Notes: generated by a model from the sequence alone, not told the origin. A DNA stretch of 33,404 nucleotides from Candidatus Micrarchaeota archaeon (GCA_030040335.1 JASHTX010000059.1:1-33404), one strand, 5' to 3'. Counted from the stretch's first letter, positions 7,324-16,446 are shown. Program-made: numbers and translations.

Positions 7324-8374
7324 GGAAGAGGAGTCGCTGGAGTTCTCGAGCAGGTTCAATGAGAAGTACAGCCTGGTATCAAGGAAAATGATACGCATGC
7401 TGTCAGAGAACTCGAGGCTGACCAGCACTGAGATTGCCGGCAGGCTTGGGATATCAAGGCAGGCGGTCGCGAAGAGGCTCAGCAGGTTGGAGAAGGAATT
7501 TGGGATCAGGTACGTGCCTGAGTTCAACGAGGACAAGCTTGGCATATCGAACCCTCACATCGTAATGGTGAAGTTCAGGGAGAAACCAAGCCAATCGTAT
7601 CTTGCAGACATCTTCTCCCGCTCTTACATAACTCAGGTCGTGGTGTCTGTGAAGGGTACCTACGACCTCCTCATATACGCAAACTCGCTTTCGAGGGACG
7701 CGTACATACACTGGGACAAGGGAATGCAGATACTGCTCGCAGACTACGAGCCCTCATGGCGCTCTTCTGACATAGGGCATGCGCAGCTCGGCTTCTATCC
7801 TTTGCGGAACGATCTCCTAGGCAGGGTCTCCATTCCAGAGGAGTACAAGACGATACTGAAGGCCCTGAACACCGATGCACGCGCATCATTCGAGTCGATC
7901 TCCAAGCAGTCTGGCATGCGCGTAAACAGGGTTGTCTACAACTTCAAGAAGCTGCTGAAGCTCGGTTACATAAAGCGCTTCACGCTTGCGATGACAAAAC
8001 TGGAGAATGCGGTGATAATGACGCACTTCGCCAAGTATAATATCTCTAGGACTTTCGAGAATGATGCAAAGGGGACCAGACCGGTCTACAGGGCCGACGA
8101 CCAGTACCCCTTGGTCAGTAGATACATAATAACAAATCAGCTCGTGGGCAGCTACGACTTCTTCAGCGCAGGAGTCTTCGACAGCCCGGAGGTAGCGTAC
8201 AAGAGGAACATCGCCTGGTTCAGGCACCAGCTGAAACCCGAGCGGCCGAAGCTGGTATACGGAATAGTGGACAAGGTCATCGTAGGCAATCTGCCTGTGA
8301 GGAGCGTAGACACATACAAGGAATACGATGCGATAGTGTGGTCGCCTGATTTTAGGAAGGAGGAACATCTCTGA
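7322..8374 (+). CDS. Double-length Lrp/AsnC-family transcriptional regulator, paralog 2
   Basis: Colinear with 3833..4879 (FNEKYSLVSRKMIRMLSENSR, KGTYDLLIYAN, LGFYPLRN, LGYIKRFTL, NQLVGS); two HTH units. Confidence 0.88.
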   Translation: MEEESLEFSSRFNEKYSLVSRKMIRMLSENSRLTSTEIAGRLGISRQAVAKRLSRLEKEFGIRYVPEFNEDKLGISNPHIVMVKFREKPSQSYLADIFSRSYITQVVVSVKGTYDLLIYANSLSRDAYIHWDKGMQILLADYEPSWRSSDIGHAQLGFYPLRNDLLGRVSIPEEYKTILKALNTDARASFESISKQSGMRVNRVVYNFKKLLKLGYIKRFTLAMTKLENAVIMTHFAKYNISRTFENDAKGTRPVYRADDQYPLVSRYIITNQLVGSYDFFSAGVFDSPEVAYKRNIAWFRHQLKPERPKLVYGIVDKVIVGNLPVRSVDTYKEYDAIVWSPDFRKEEHL

Positions 8375-9929
8375 GTTCGACCGAATCATTTCCTATCACT
8401 ATGACCTTCGCATATTTTTCACCTCTCCTGCGCAGCATTCTTTCCGTGTCTTCAGGCCTTTTCAGCCCTGTCTCGTACTCTATCGCGATCTTCTCGCCGT
8501 CCTTGTAGGCAATCACGTCGGGTCCGTAGGCATTATTGTAAACCATGTTTCTGATGCCGTTCTCGGTGAGATACTTGCTTATCAGGCTGACCATGATGTC
8601 GTGCTCTGCGCTGTTCCTCGGCATTGCGATATACCATGCACCTTCAAAGGGTGGCTCGGACACAACATGGTATCCGATTATTCCGGTTTTTATCAACTCG
8701 ATCAGCGACCTCGTCACTTCTTCCTGTTCGAATCCCTCGTTTCTGAGTCTCTCTTCGAGCTCGCGTTTGCTCACTATCCCCTTTGCCAGATCAACTATCC
8801 GGTGGACAGGGTCCCTGATTGCTGGCCTAAATCGCAGGCACCTAACTATTTTAGGACTCCTGTCATATGCCAGCTGCACCAGCGCGCAGCCGCGCTGGAG
8901 CTCCCTCAGCGCCTTCCTCACTTCGATGAACCTGTTGTACTCAGTGCCGGCTGCAATTATGTTGGCGATGTAGTTCTGCTCTTCAGGTTCCCTCTGCGTG
9001 AATGCGATCAGCGTAGCTGCGTTGCTCCTTATTTCCTTGTCCAGCGCCTTTGCCCGCTGCGCTATGGCGATCATGCCTAGGCCATACTTCCTGCCCTCTG
9101 CAACCAACCTTGCCACGACCGGGCTGTCCTGGAGTTTTTCCGCCTCGTCTATGACAATATAGAACCTCCTTTTGCTTCCTGATGCGCTGCCCTGCAGGAG
9201 GTTTGCATATATCTTCCTTAGTATACTCTCCATATAGAGCGCCTGTGCTTCTGAGCTATGCAGACTTGCGAGCGAGAAGACAGACCTGGAGTTCAGCAGG
9301 CTGCCAACGCTGACGCTCCTCTGGAACTGCTCTCCGGCTACTGCGAGCAGGCGCTTCTCAAGCGCGTCGAGCACGTTCTGCTCCGGCTTTGATCTTGACC
9401 TGCGCTTGAAGACCTTTATCGTGTAAAGCAGGCTGTGCATATTCGGCGTGCGCTCCTTGACAGCGCTTATCCAGTACGTGTATGCGATGCACCTGTAGAG
9501 CGTGCCAGCCTGCACCTCTCCGAGATGGAGCACACGCTTGAACATGCCGGTTATCTCTGATGTGCGTTCCCTCTCTGTTAGGCCGTCAAGGTCAAAGATA
9601 TTCACAGCGTGTATACTCGCGTCGTAGATCACGGCATGAATATCTTTCGCACCCTCCACATACTCTGCGTGCGGGTCCAGTACAAGAAAGTTTGCTCCGT
9701 GCCCTGCTAGCTGCCTGAGGATCAGCTTGCATGCGTTGCTCTTGCCGGCCCCACTCTCACCGGTTATCATCACGTGCCGGTTCGTACTTTTGTCCAGGTT
9801 AAGCCTCATGGATTTGAAGTACCTTCTTTGCCATTGCCATCTCAAAAGACCAAAGCGCCTCACTAGGCGCAACTCGCGATGGACTTTGCCGAGAGTTATA
9901 GAGTTTCTGTTTTTGAAAAAAGTAAACAT
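8352..9929 (-). CDS. HerA/FtsK-VirB4-like ATPase (DUF87-type) with C-terminal PD-(D/E)xK-like domain
   Basis: RHVMITGESGAGKS (Walker A), VLDPHAEY, IVIDEAE (Walker B), EGRKYGLGMIAIAQR; C-terminal EHD...GPDVIAYKDGEKIAIEYETG; start placed at ATG 9929 to avoid overlap with the divergent gene. Confidence 0.85.
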   Translation of the reverse strand: MFTFFKNRNSITLGKVHRELRLVRRFGLLRWQWQRRYFKSMRLNLDKSTNRHVMITGESGAGKSNACKLILRQLAGHGANFLVLDPHAEYVEGAKDIHAVIYDASIHAVNIFDLDGLTERERTSEITGMFKRVLHLGEVQAGTLYRCIAYTYWISAVKERTPNMHSLLYTIKVFKRRSRSKPEQNVLDALEKRLLAVAGEQFQRSVSVGSLLNSRSVFSLASLHSSEAQALYMESILRKIYANLLQGSASGSKRRFYIVIDEAEKLQDSPVVARLVAEGRKYGLGMIAIAQRAKALDKEIRSNAATLIAFTQREPEEQNYIANIIAAGTEYNRFIEVRKALRELQRGCALVQLAYDRSPKIVRCLRFRPAIRDPVHRIVDLAKGIVSKRELEERLRNEGFEQEEVTRSLIELIKTGIIGYHVVSEPPFEGAWYIAMPRNSAEHDIMVSLISKYLTENGIRNMVYNNAYGPDVIAYKDGEKIAIEYETGLKRPEDTERMLRRRGEKYAKVIVIGNDSVELRDVPPS

Positions 9930-10022
9930 AATTTCACCAATGCTGCCCGACTTTAGAGGGTGAACATCGCAGCGGGCAGGAATAAAGCCAACCCTTTTAT
10001 ATCGGGAAAAGACAATGCCAGC

Positions 10023-10733
10023 ATGGAAAAGGGCAGGTCGCAAGAGGGCAGGACGTCTGAATTCATGGGTGTGAAGTACCTGCGGCGCCAGCACGAGCTG
10101 GAGCTCATAGGCACCAACATCTACACCTCTGGAGCTGCACATTCTGGCATCGGAAACATTCACGAATTACTTGACAGCGAGTGGATAAAGGATACGGGAG
10201 GCAGGAGCGGCAAGAAAGCAACGTCAGAGTACCAGTACCTCTGTTTCCCGCCCAGCCATCAACTCAGGACAGGGCTTGTCAGCGAGGAGGTGCTTGATGA
10301 CATAAAGAGCAATGGGAAAACGGTGCTGAGCGTGGGCGCTGGCTACGCCTTCACCGAACGAGTGTTGGTCAAGAAGCTTGGAGTGAATGCGGAGCAGATA
10401 ACGCTGGCAGACCGCGCGAACGTTATGCCGAAGGGTTTCAAGACCCTTCTCTTCGACATGGAAGAGGAATGGAAGCTCGGAGGCAAGAAGTATGACTACA
10501 TACTCTTCGCCCAATCCATAATACTGCCGAACGAGAGGTCGAAAAGGATGGGCAGGATACTAGAGAAGGCATACGCTGCGCTGAACGATGAAGGGCAGAT
10601 CAGAATCACCGGCACGTTCAGCCCAGAAGAAATAACAAACCTCAGAATATGGCTCGGAAAGAGGCATCCTGAAGCCGAGCTTGCAACAGACGACGAATTG
10701 TACCTCATTGTGATAAGGAAGGGCATACGGTGA
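10023..10733 (+). CDS. Class I SAM-dependent methyltransferase
   Basis: Motif I VLSVGAGYA, ITLAD, YDYILF, AYAALNDEGQIRI; TATA TTTTATAT at ~9995 supports ATG 10023. Confidence 0.75.
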   Translation: MEKGRSQEGRTSEFMGVKYLRRQHELELIGTNIYTSGAAHSGIGNIHELLDSEWIKDTGGRSGKKATSEYQYLCFPPSHQLRTGLVSEEVLDDIKSNGKTVLSVGAGYAFTERVLVKKLGVNAEQITLADRANVMPKGFKTLLFDMEEEWKLGGKKYDYILFAQSIILPNERSKRMGRILEKAYAALNDEGQIRITGTFSPEEITNLRIWLGKRHPEAELATDDELYLIVIRKGIR

Positions 10734-10920
10734 AGTAGCTGGCGCTTTGCCCAAGACTACGGCATTCTTTTTTGAAAATATCATAGCGTAGAATTCACCT
10801 CTTACAAGATAACCAGTTTCCTGGTTAAAAGTGAATATTTTACCAACAAATAAATATGGGAAAATACCCTTATGTTACGTAGTTTTGCCTGATTTAGAAC
10901 TCGGAAGCTAGGAGGATGAG

Positions 10921-11595
10921 ATGACAAAAGCAGTGAAGCAAAGGGAAAAGGGAAGCGAAGACCTGAGCGCGTTCCTTACGAAGTACCCTGTGTTCAACGC
11001 CAGACAAGAAGAAGACAAGATGCACCTGCTGGCGAGATACGATCGCATAAAGGCGCTCTGGAGGGCGGACACAGAGCCGGATCTGAGGGCAAGGGGTAAG
11101 GATACAGTGACGCTCATGTATATGGTCAGCGCCTTCAAGCCTCCGAATGCAATCACAGTTGACCTCTCTTATCCCGATCAGGAGTGGCCAAACGCCCATC
11201 ATGAAGTTGACATCCACGTGACTTTCAGTTATGCGGGCAGGAAGAAGACTGTCTCTATGGGGCCTTTCCCAACTGTTGGGGAGCTTTCGCTGCCAGAGAA
11301 AGCGCGAATTTGGATGGCATTGAAACCCAAGAGCGATGACTCATCTGAAGCGGTCCAGCACGTGGCAGAGGTGATGGTGGGAAGAGACAAGAACGCAGGG
11401 GACCAGTTGTATCCGGAGTTCGATGACCATCAGGGGGCGATGACCACAAGCCTTGAGGCGCTTGGTTATAAGAAGGTAAGCGGGCCCGTAATGGTAAAGA
11501 ATACCGGCAGCCCAATAGGGCATGATTTCAGGTATCGGTTCGTGGATGCTCGAGATCTGCAGCGGTTGAGAAGGGCGAGACCGGGCGGGGATTGA
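10921..11595 (+). CDS. Hypothetical protein (224 aa)
   Basis: Long ORF, GGAGGA SD upstream, AT-rich promoter region; no recognisable motif. Confidence 0.7.
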   Translation: MTKAVKQREKGSEDLSAFLTKYPVFNARQEEDKMHLLARYDRIKALWRADTEPDLRARGKDTVTLMYMVSAFKPPNAITVDLSYPDQEWPNAHHEVDIHVTFSYAGRKKTVSMGPFPTVGELSLPEKARIWMALKPKSDDSSEAVQHVAEVMVGRDKNAGDQLYPEFDDHQGAMTTSLEALGYKKVSGPVMVKNTGSPIGHDFRYRFVDARDLQRLRRARPGGD

Positions 11596-11734
11596 AGGCA
11601 TAATCCAATTATCGAATGGGGGCGGAATCAATTATTTTCTGAATGGGACTATTTATAATGGAACTTTTGCTTACAAAGTGCGAATAACGTCAATACTTAA
11701 ATAGACGGGAAAACAACCATTATGCAGTGAATTT

Positions 11735-12067
11735 ATGACTCGTGTGCGAGATGGAAGCAGGCTCAAAGATCCCAATGAAGGCAGGGTAATGGAAGCGGTA
11801 ATAGCCTTGAGGGACAGGCAGCTAGGCGGAAGGAAGGGCAAGATAACCGAGTCGGCAATACAGAAGAAGATTGGAGGTAAGGCCCGTTCAGAATCACATC
11901 TTGGTCTGCTTGCAATCAACGATATTGCTCAAGAACTGCGAAGGCGCGGATTGCTAGCAGAGGATTCGAAGCTGGGCTATCGGCCTACGGACCGTGACAG
12001 GGCAGCGAAAGAGGTTGCGAAACTGAACCGAACACTTCAGACAAGGAGCTCAGAGTCGGATCTGTAA
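11735..12067 (+). CDS. Hypothetical protein, possibly winged-helix DNA-binding
   Basis: Helix pattern EGRVMEAVIAL / ITESAIQKKI / INDIAQELRRRGLL followed by wing-like EDSKLGYRPT; TATA-like TTAAATA at ~11698. Confidence 0.55.
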   Translation: MTRVRDGSRLKDPNEGRVMEAVIALRDRQLGGRKGKITESAIQKKIGGKARSESHLGLLAINDIAQELRRRGLLAEDSKLGYRPTDRDRAAKEVAKLNRTLQTRSSESDL

Positions 12068-12140
12068 TACGTAACTATGATGCAGGAAGTATCATCTGCA
12101 GGCTATGAGCTTCTGGATAGGAAATATCACAGGGAAATGA

Positions 12141-12752
12141 ATGACTGGCACAAAAGAATCAGATAGTAAGGTATTGGACGTCCGCAGCAGGGCCATACTT
12201 GCCAACAGAGGCGTGGTCGGACTGGCGCACATACAGAAAGACCAGATACCAGACCAACTCAGCGAACCCTACATGAAGATGCTCAACAGGACCGATAGGA
12301 AGGAAGGCGATGCGGGGCAATTCGGCCTAGGGATGGCCCATTCGGTGATAGTGCATCTGGGCGCCCTGCCTGCGCCAAAACGCGTTATGCTCATGATCGA
12401 GGAGGACGCAAACCAGAAAACCGTGAATTTCTTCGCTGCAGTGCTCTACGGGCAGGAGGACTTTAACACAGTCCTCTCCTATTACGAGTTTTCATCGGGC
12501 AATGAAAAAGGGCAGGGTCTGAAGACTGTAGATCTTAAGGAGGAGAAGCCGGCACCTGGAAACGCGCCGCTCTATGCGCTGGTTATAGGACCATACAAGC
12601 TGGCCTCTGATGCATACCGCGACAGCATGGCGGTTGAGGAGGACAAGATGCTTGCGATTAGAAGATTTCGGGAAGAGTTTGGGCTGTCGAGCAAAGCGCA
12701 GGTCGAGATACCAAGCCCTGCAACTGAGCCTAGAGCTGAGCACCCGAACTGA
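12141..12752 (+). CDS. Hypothetical protein (203 aa)
   Basis: Long ORF with typical composition; convergent with nfo with a short overlap. Confidence 0.65.
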   Translation: MTGTKESDSKVLDVRSRAILANRGVVGLAHIQKDQIPDQLSEPYMKMLNRTDRKEGDAGQFGLGMAHSVIVHLGALPAPKRVMLMIEEDANQKTVNFFAAVLYGQEDFNTVLSYYEFSSGNEKGQGLKTVDLKEEKPAPGNAPLYALVIGPYKLASDAYRDSMAVEEDKMLAIRRFREEFGLSSKAQVEIPSPATEPRAEHPN

Positions 12753-13569
12753 CGATCCTCCTAACCAGCCTCAGCTCGCCCTCTCCGGAGTGCTCCCCAG
12801 GGGTCTCGAGTATCATGGGCTTCGAACGTAGTTCCTCGTTTGCCAAAAGGGTTTCGAAACCGCTCCTGCCTATCTTACCGAAGCCTATGTTCTCGTGCCT
12901 GTCCAGTCCAGAGCCGCACTGGTACTTCGAATCGTTGAGATGTATTACGTGTATTCTGGAGACGTCAAGGGTGTGGAGCACGTCATCAATAACCTCTGGC
13001 TTTGTTATGTCGTAGCCTGCCGCGAAGATGTGACAAGTGTCTATGCAGAAACCAAGGTTTTTGGGGCCTATGCTGTTGTACAGCCCTACAAGGTCATCCA
13101 GGTCTGAGCCGACGCTGTTCCTCTGCCCAGCCTCGTTCTCCATAAGAATGTAGGTGTTCTTCGCTGCAGATGTCGCAAGCCTTACCGCTTCCCTCACTCG
13201 CTCGAATCCCTTCTCTTTGCCCTCGCCCAGATGGCTGCCCAGGTGTATGACAAGGTACTTCACGCCGAGCGCTTCGCACCTGTAGACTGCGTCTAGATAA
13301 GCCGCCTTGGTCTTCTCATAGACCTCTTCCCTGGGGGATGCGGGATTGGGGAGATAGGACATGTGTGCTATGACAGGCCTTATGCCGTATGATCTCTCCT
13401 TTGCTGTGAACCTCTCTAGCTCTCCGGTCTCGAGTGCTTTGGTGCTCCAGCTGCGTGGGTTCGTAAGGAAGAGCTGCATGCATGTGCATCCCAGATCCCT
13501 GGCGCGATCGAAGGCAAGGTCAAGGCTGGCAGAAATAGAAACGTGGTAGCCGATGCGGAGCATGGGCAT
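12730..13569 (-). CDS. nfo: Endonuclease IV (AP endonuclease family 2)
   Basis: IGYHVSIS, VIHLGSHLG, MENEAGQ, CIDTCHIFAAGYD, HLNDSK..GSGLDRHENIGFG, ILETP. Confidence 0.95.
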   Translation of the reverse strand: MPMLRIGYHVSISASLDLAFDRARDLGCTCMQLFLTNPRSWSTKALETGELERFTAKERSYGIRPVIAHMSYLPNPASPREEVYEKTKAAYLDAVYRCEALGVKYLVIHLGSHLGEGKEKGFERVREAVRLATSAAKNTYILMENEAGQRNSVGSDLDDLVGLYNSIGPKNLGFCIDTCHIFAAGYDITKPEVIDDVLHTLDVSRIHVIHLNDSKYQCGSGLDRHENIGFGKIGRSGFETLLANEELRSKPMILETPGEHSGEGELRLVRRIVSSGAQL

Positions 13570-13605
13570 ACTTGCAAAGCCGCGTTATTTATATCCAGAA
13601 GCAGG

Positions 13606-14340
13606 TCACTCTTGCTTCCCGGAATTGCCCGCCGGAAGCCGGTTCGCCTTGATCACTGAGCTGAGCTCGGCAATCTCGGTCCCGGTGACATTGAGATATT
13701 CAACAAGGTACTCTTGCAGTCCTCTGTACTCCTTCTTTCCGTATCCGCTGGCATAGATGAATGCACCGACAAGCGGCATCAGAGGTGCCGAATCGTCTCC
13801 GATTACGGCCCTGAGATTCGTCTTTCTCACCAGCGACACAGAGTCCTGAATCAACTCGCGCGTTAGCGCATAAGCATAGCCCACAGCCTCTATGCCTTCA
13901 ACCAGTTTCTGCGCGGTCGTCTCTATCCACCTTTCTTCTTTAATCTGCTGCTTTTCCTGCCCCCATGTCTGCCTTCCGGGTTTGTGACGATTCTTCTCTG
14001 TTACGGGCTCAATCTGGCTTGCTGCAGGGTCGGCTTTCTCAGTACTGACTGCTACTTTGGCCTGTACAGGTTTTGGCGCGCTCGCTGCCCTGGTCTGCTC
14101 CAGCTCCTCGAGCCGGTCCACCTCGCTCCTCAACTTTGCGAGCCTTATCAGATTCTCGACTCTCTCGCTGGCGTCCTTGTATGGGACGCGCTCTGGATCC
14201 AGCCAGTCCTTGCCAGTCTGGACCACGTCTCCGCATACATTGCAGACGCCAACCCCGCGCTTGTCGTACTTGACTGAGCCGGAGTTGCACTTCAGACACG
14301 GAGTCGGGCTTCTCAGCTTATACTTGTTGTTTTCACTCAT
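13606..14340 (-). CDS. TFB-like protein: TFIIB-type Zn ribbon plus a single cyclin-like repeat
   Basis: CLKCNSGSVKYDKRGVGVCNVCGDVV resembles TFB Zn ribbon; C-terminal LVGAFIYASG...LQEYLVEYLNVTGTEI resembles a TFB cyclin repeat; ATG 14340 with GGTGTG SD. Confidence 0.65.
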   Translation of the reverse strand: MSENNKYKLRSPTPCLKCNSGSVKYDKRGVGVCNVCGDVVQTGKDWLDPERVPYKDASERVENLIRLAKLRSEVDRLEELEQTRAASAPKPVQAKVAVSTEKADPAASQIEPVTEKNRHKPGRQTWGQEKQQIKEERWIETTAQKLVEGIEAVGYAYALTRELIQDSVSLVRKTNLRAVIGDDSAPLMPLVGAFIYASGYGKKEYRGLQEYLVEYLNVTGTEIAELSSVIKANRLPAGNSGKQE

Positions 14341-14453
14341 TTTCACACCGGCGCGGGTATGTGCATTACCAGCAAGTCCGCGTTTTCCCGAGAGCAAGTA
14401 GATACTGTTTTCCGCTTATTTATGCATTGACTTTGGATCCTGAGCAGATGCGG

Positions 14454-15680
14454 TCAGGCTTTGAGCGCGACCTTCGAGCCGGTCTTGCTCATGGTAATCG
14501 CCTCTGCTGTATCGCGTATCACGTGGTTCCTCACCTGCGCCTCGTTAGATGCGCGCTTGAGCAGGCCGCTCTCGTACTCAGTTCCCTTGCCCGCAAGGTA
14601 GATGTAAGCGAAGGTCATCGCACGCGTAGATGGCGGGTTCTTGCCCAGCAGTTCGCTGAGCGTGGCAAAATCGGTTTCAGAGGCCAGTTTCATTGCCGGA
14701 CCTCTCAGTTCCTCTGGCAGGCTGCCGAGCTGCACCTTGCCTATTTCATCGATGACCTCTTTCTTGTCCCGCCCTGTCTTTAGCCCTTCTGCTACATCTC
14801 TTCCCATAGCCTGGCTTTGCTCTCGTGCATCAGGCTGAACTGGAGAACTATCATCTCGCAAATGCGGAGGTTCTGGAGGCTTGGGTTCCCTGGAATCGGG
14901 GATATCTGGTTGAATAGGAGGCAGCGGTTGCCCCGCTTCAGAGTATGCGGGAACAGTCTGCGCATGCTTGCTGGCTGCCCTGTGGGATCTGTTATTGACC
15001 GTAGTGGTATGCAGGCCGAGCCCATCCAGCTCGATTTTCAGTATGCGGAAAGCGGATTCGATGGTTCCTGTAGAAAAGCCGGAGGCAGATGCGAAATTTA
15101 CCATCGTCTTGCCCTCCTGTTCCATGAGAGAAGCGGCGTACATGCAAACGGCCGTGACCTTGACCGGACTAGTATTAATTGCGAAAAATGCCTTCCTTCC
15201 CTCGGCCTTGTCGATGATCTCCATCGTCCGCTGCGCTGTCCTCTCCGACACGCCAGTTTGGAAACTTAGTCTCTTGACAAAGTCCTTGGGTCCCAGATCC
15301 TTCTCTGTAAGGCTTAACAGAGAATGCAGCTCATTGTAGTCGCTCCCGAGTTTGGCCCTGTTCTCGCCAAAATCCCCGGGAAACATTCCAGCAAACTCCG
15401 GGAGCGTTATGGGAATTCCGATCACCCTTATTGCGGAATAGACGGCAACATTGGCTGCTCGTTGGTACGACCGCGTAGACGCGAAGTTCCTATCAAGGCC
15501 TTCCATGTAGTGGCGCGCGGCCAGCGTTTTCACTTCTCGTGCATCGCCGAGCCCGTAAACCTCGAAGAGCGTATCCAGCGCCGCGAAAGGCTGAGTCAGG
15601 TATGGATGGTTTGAAGGTATTTCAGATATGCCTGCCGACGTCGCATTTTGTCGCATGGCTGAGTCTGAATCTCCTGACAT
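14454..15680 (-). CDS. TFB-like protein: cyclin-repeat core without Zn ribbon, Pro-rich linker, additional cyclin-like C-terminal region
   Basis: RSYQRAANVAVYSAIRVIGIPITLPEF, PKDFVKRLSFQTGVS, SPVKVTAVCMYAASLMEQEGKTMVNFASASGFSTGTIE align by eye to TFB repeats 1 and 2; no CxxC. Confidence 0.75.
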   Translation of the reverse strand: MSGDSDSAMRQNATSAGISEIPSNHPYLTQPFAALDTLFEVYGLGDAREVKTLAARHYMEGLDRNFASTRSYQRAANVAVYSAIRVIGIPITLPEFAGMFPGDFGENRAKLGSDYNELHSLLSLTEKDLGPKDFVKRLSFQTGVSERTAQRTMEIIDKAEGRKAFFAINTSPVKVTAVCMYAASLMEQEGKTMVNFASASGFSTGTIESAFRILKIELDGLGLHTTTVNNRSHRAASKHAQTVPAYSEAGQPLPPIQPDIPDSREPKPPEPPHLRDDSSPVQPDAREQSQAMGRDVAEGLKTGRDKKEVIDEIGKVQLGSLPEELRGPAMKLASETDFATLSELLGKNPPSTRAMTFAYIYLAGKGTEYESGLLKRASNEAQVRNHVIRDTAEAITMSKTGSKVALKA

Positions 15681-15743
15681 ACCCTCAGAAGCTATTCCGT
15701 TCTAGCCTATTTAACCATTTGTAGAGGTTCGTTAGCAAGGCGC

Positions 15744-16184
15744 TTAATGAATGAGAGTGCTCTTTATCCTCTCCCTTAAAGCTGCGCCGTGCAGCTGCTT
15801 GTCGGCAGTTAAGAATTCATCGCAATTGGCATGCGCAAAGGATGCAATCTGGAGCGCGTCTGCGATGTAGATGTGGTTCCTGACCACATAGCCTAGGGAG
15901 TTAATGATGAGTTCGGAAGAGAGCCCAACAAATTCGATCCTGTTTGACGCTGCGAGCGTCTTGATTTCGTTCAGCAGCTCATCAACCAAAGCTTCAAGCT
16001 TTACCTTTCCTGTTCTTTCCTGCTTATCAAAAATCCCTACAATCTCCCCTATGTTCCAATAAGAAGTATAGATGACCAAATTTCCGACCCTCGCCTCCTC
16101 GAATATCTTGTCTATGCTTGGTGATCCATCCTCGAAGATGTACCTTTTGACGAGACTGCTAGTGTCCAAGTATACGCTTCTCAC
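15744..16184 (-). CDS. vapC: VapC-family PIN-domain toxin
   Basis: VYLDTSSLVKRY..E.GS, WNIGE, IADALQIASF, FLTADKQL. Confidence 0.92.
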   Translation of the reverse strand: MRSVYLDTSSLVKRYIFEDGSPSIDKIFEEARVGNLVIYTSYWNIGEIVGIFDKQERTGKVKLEALVDELLNEIKTLAASNRIEFVGLSSELIINSLGYVVRNHIYIADALQIASFAHANCDEFLTADKQLHGAALRERIKSTLIH

Positions 16185-16446
16185 GATCTTCCCTCATTTC
16201 CCTCAGCACCTTGGTGGAGTTAAGGCCTGTTCTTATCTTTCCCCTTCTTCTGATGACCTCTTCAGAGCTTATGTATCTTAGTTTTACACCGAATTGTCTC
16301 GCCAGGTCTTCTATCCAAGAATCTCCGATTGACCTGAAAAGGTCCTCAACGGCCTTGCTTACGCTCTCTCCTTTCCCTACCAGGCGTACTCTGGCATTCT
16401 TCAGCAACTCATCATCCACCGAAAGGGTGAGCTTCCTTTTGACCAT
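16159..16446 (-). CDS. vapB: VapB-type antitoxin (ribbon-helix-helix)
   Basis: KRKLTLSVDDELLKNAR...SVSKAVE RHH signature; C-terminal STKVLREMREDR; overlaps vapC start. Confidence 0.85.
   Translation of the reverse strand: MVKRKLTLSVDDELLKNARVRLVGKGESVSKAVEDLFRSIGDSWIEDLARQFGVKLRYISSEEVIRRRGKIRTGLNSTKVLREMREDREKRILGH

Noticed and set aside
7200-7391. 63-aa ORF over the Lrp paralog 2 leader
   Set aside because: Overlaps the Lrp gene out of frame and has no recognisable features; cannot be supported
9930-10163. N-terminal extension of the HerA-like ORF to 603 aa
   Set aside because: Overlaps the divergent methyltransferase gene and its TATA; sequence is not protein-like
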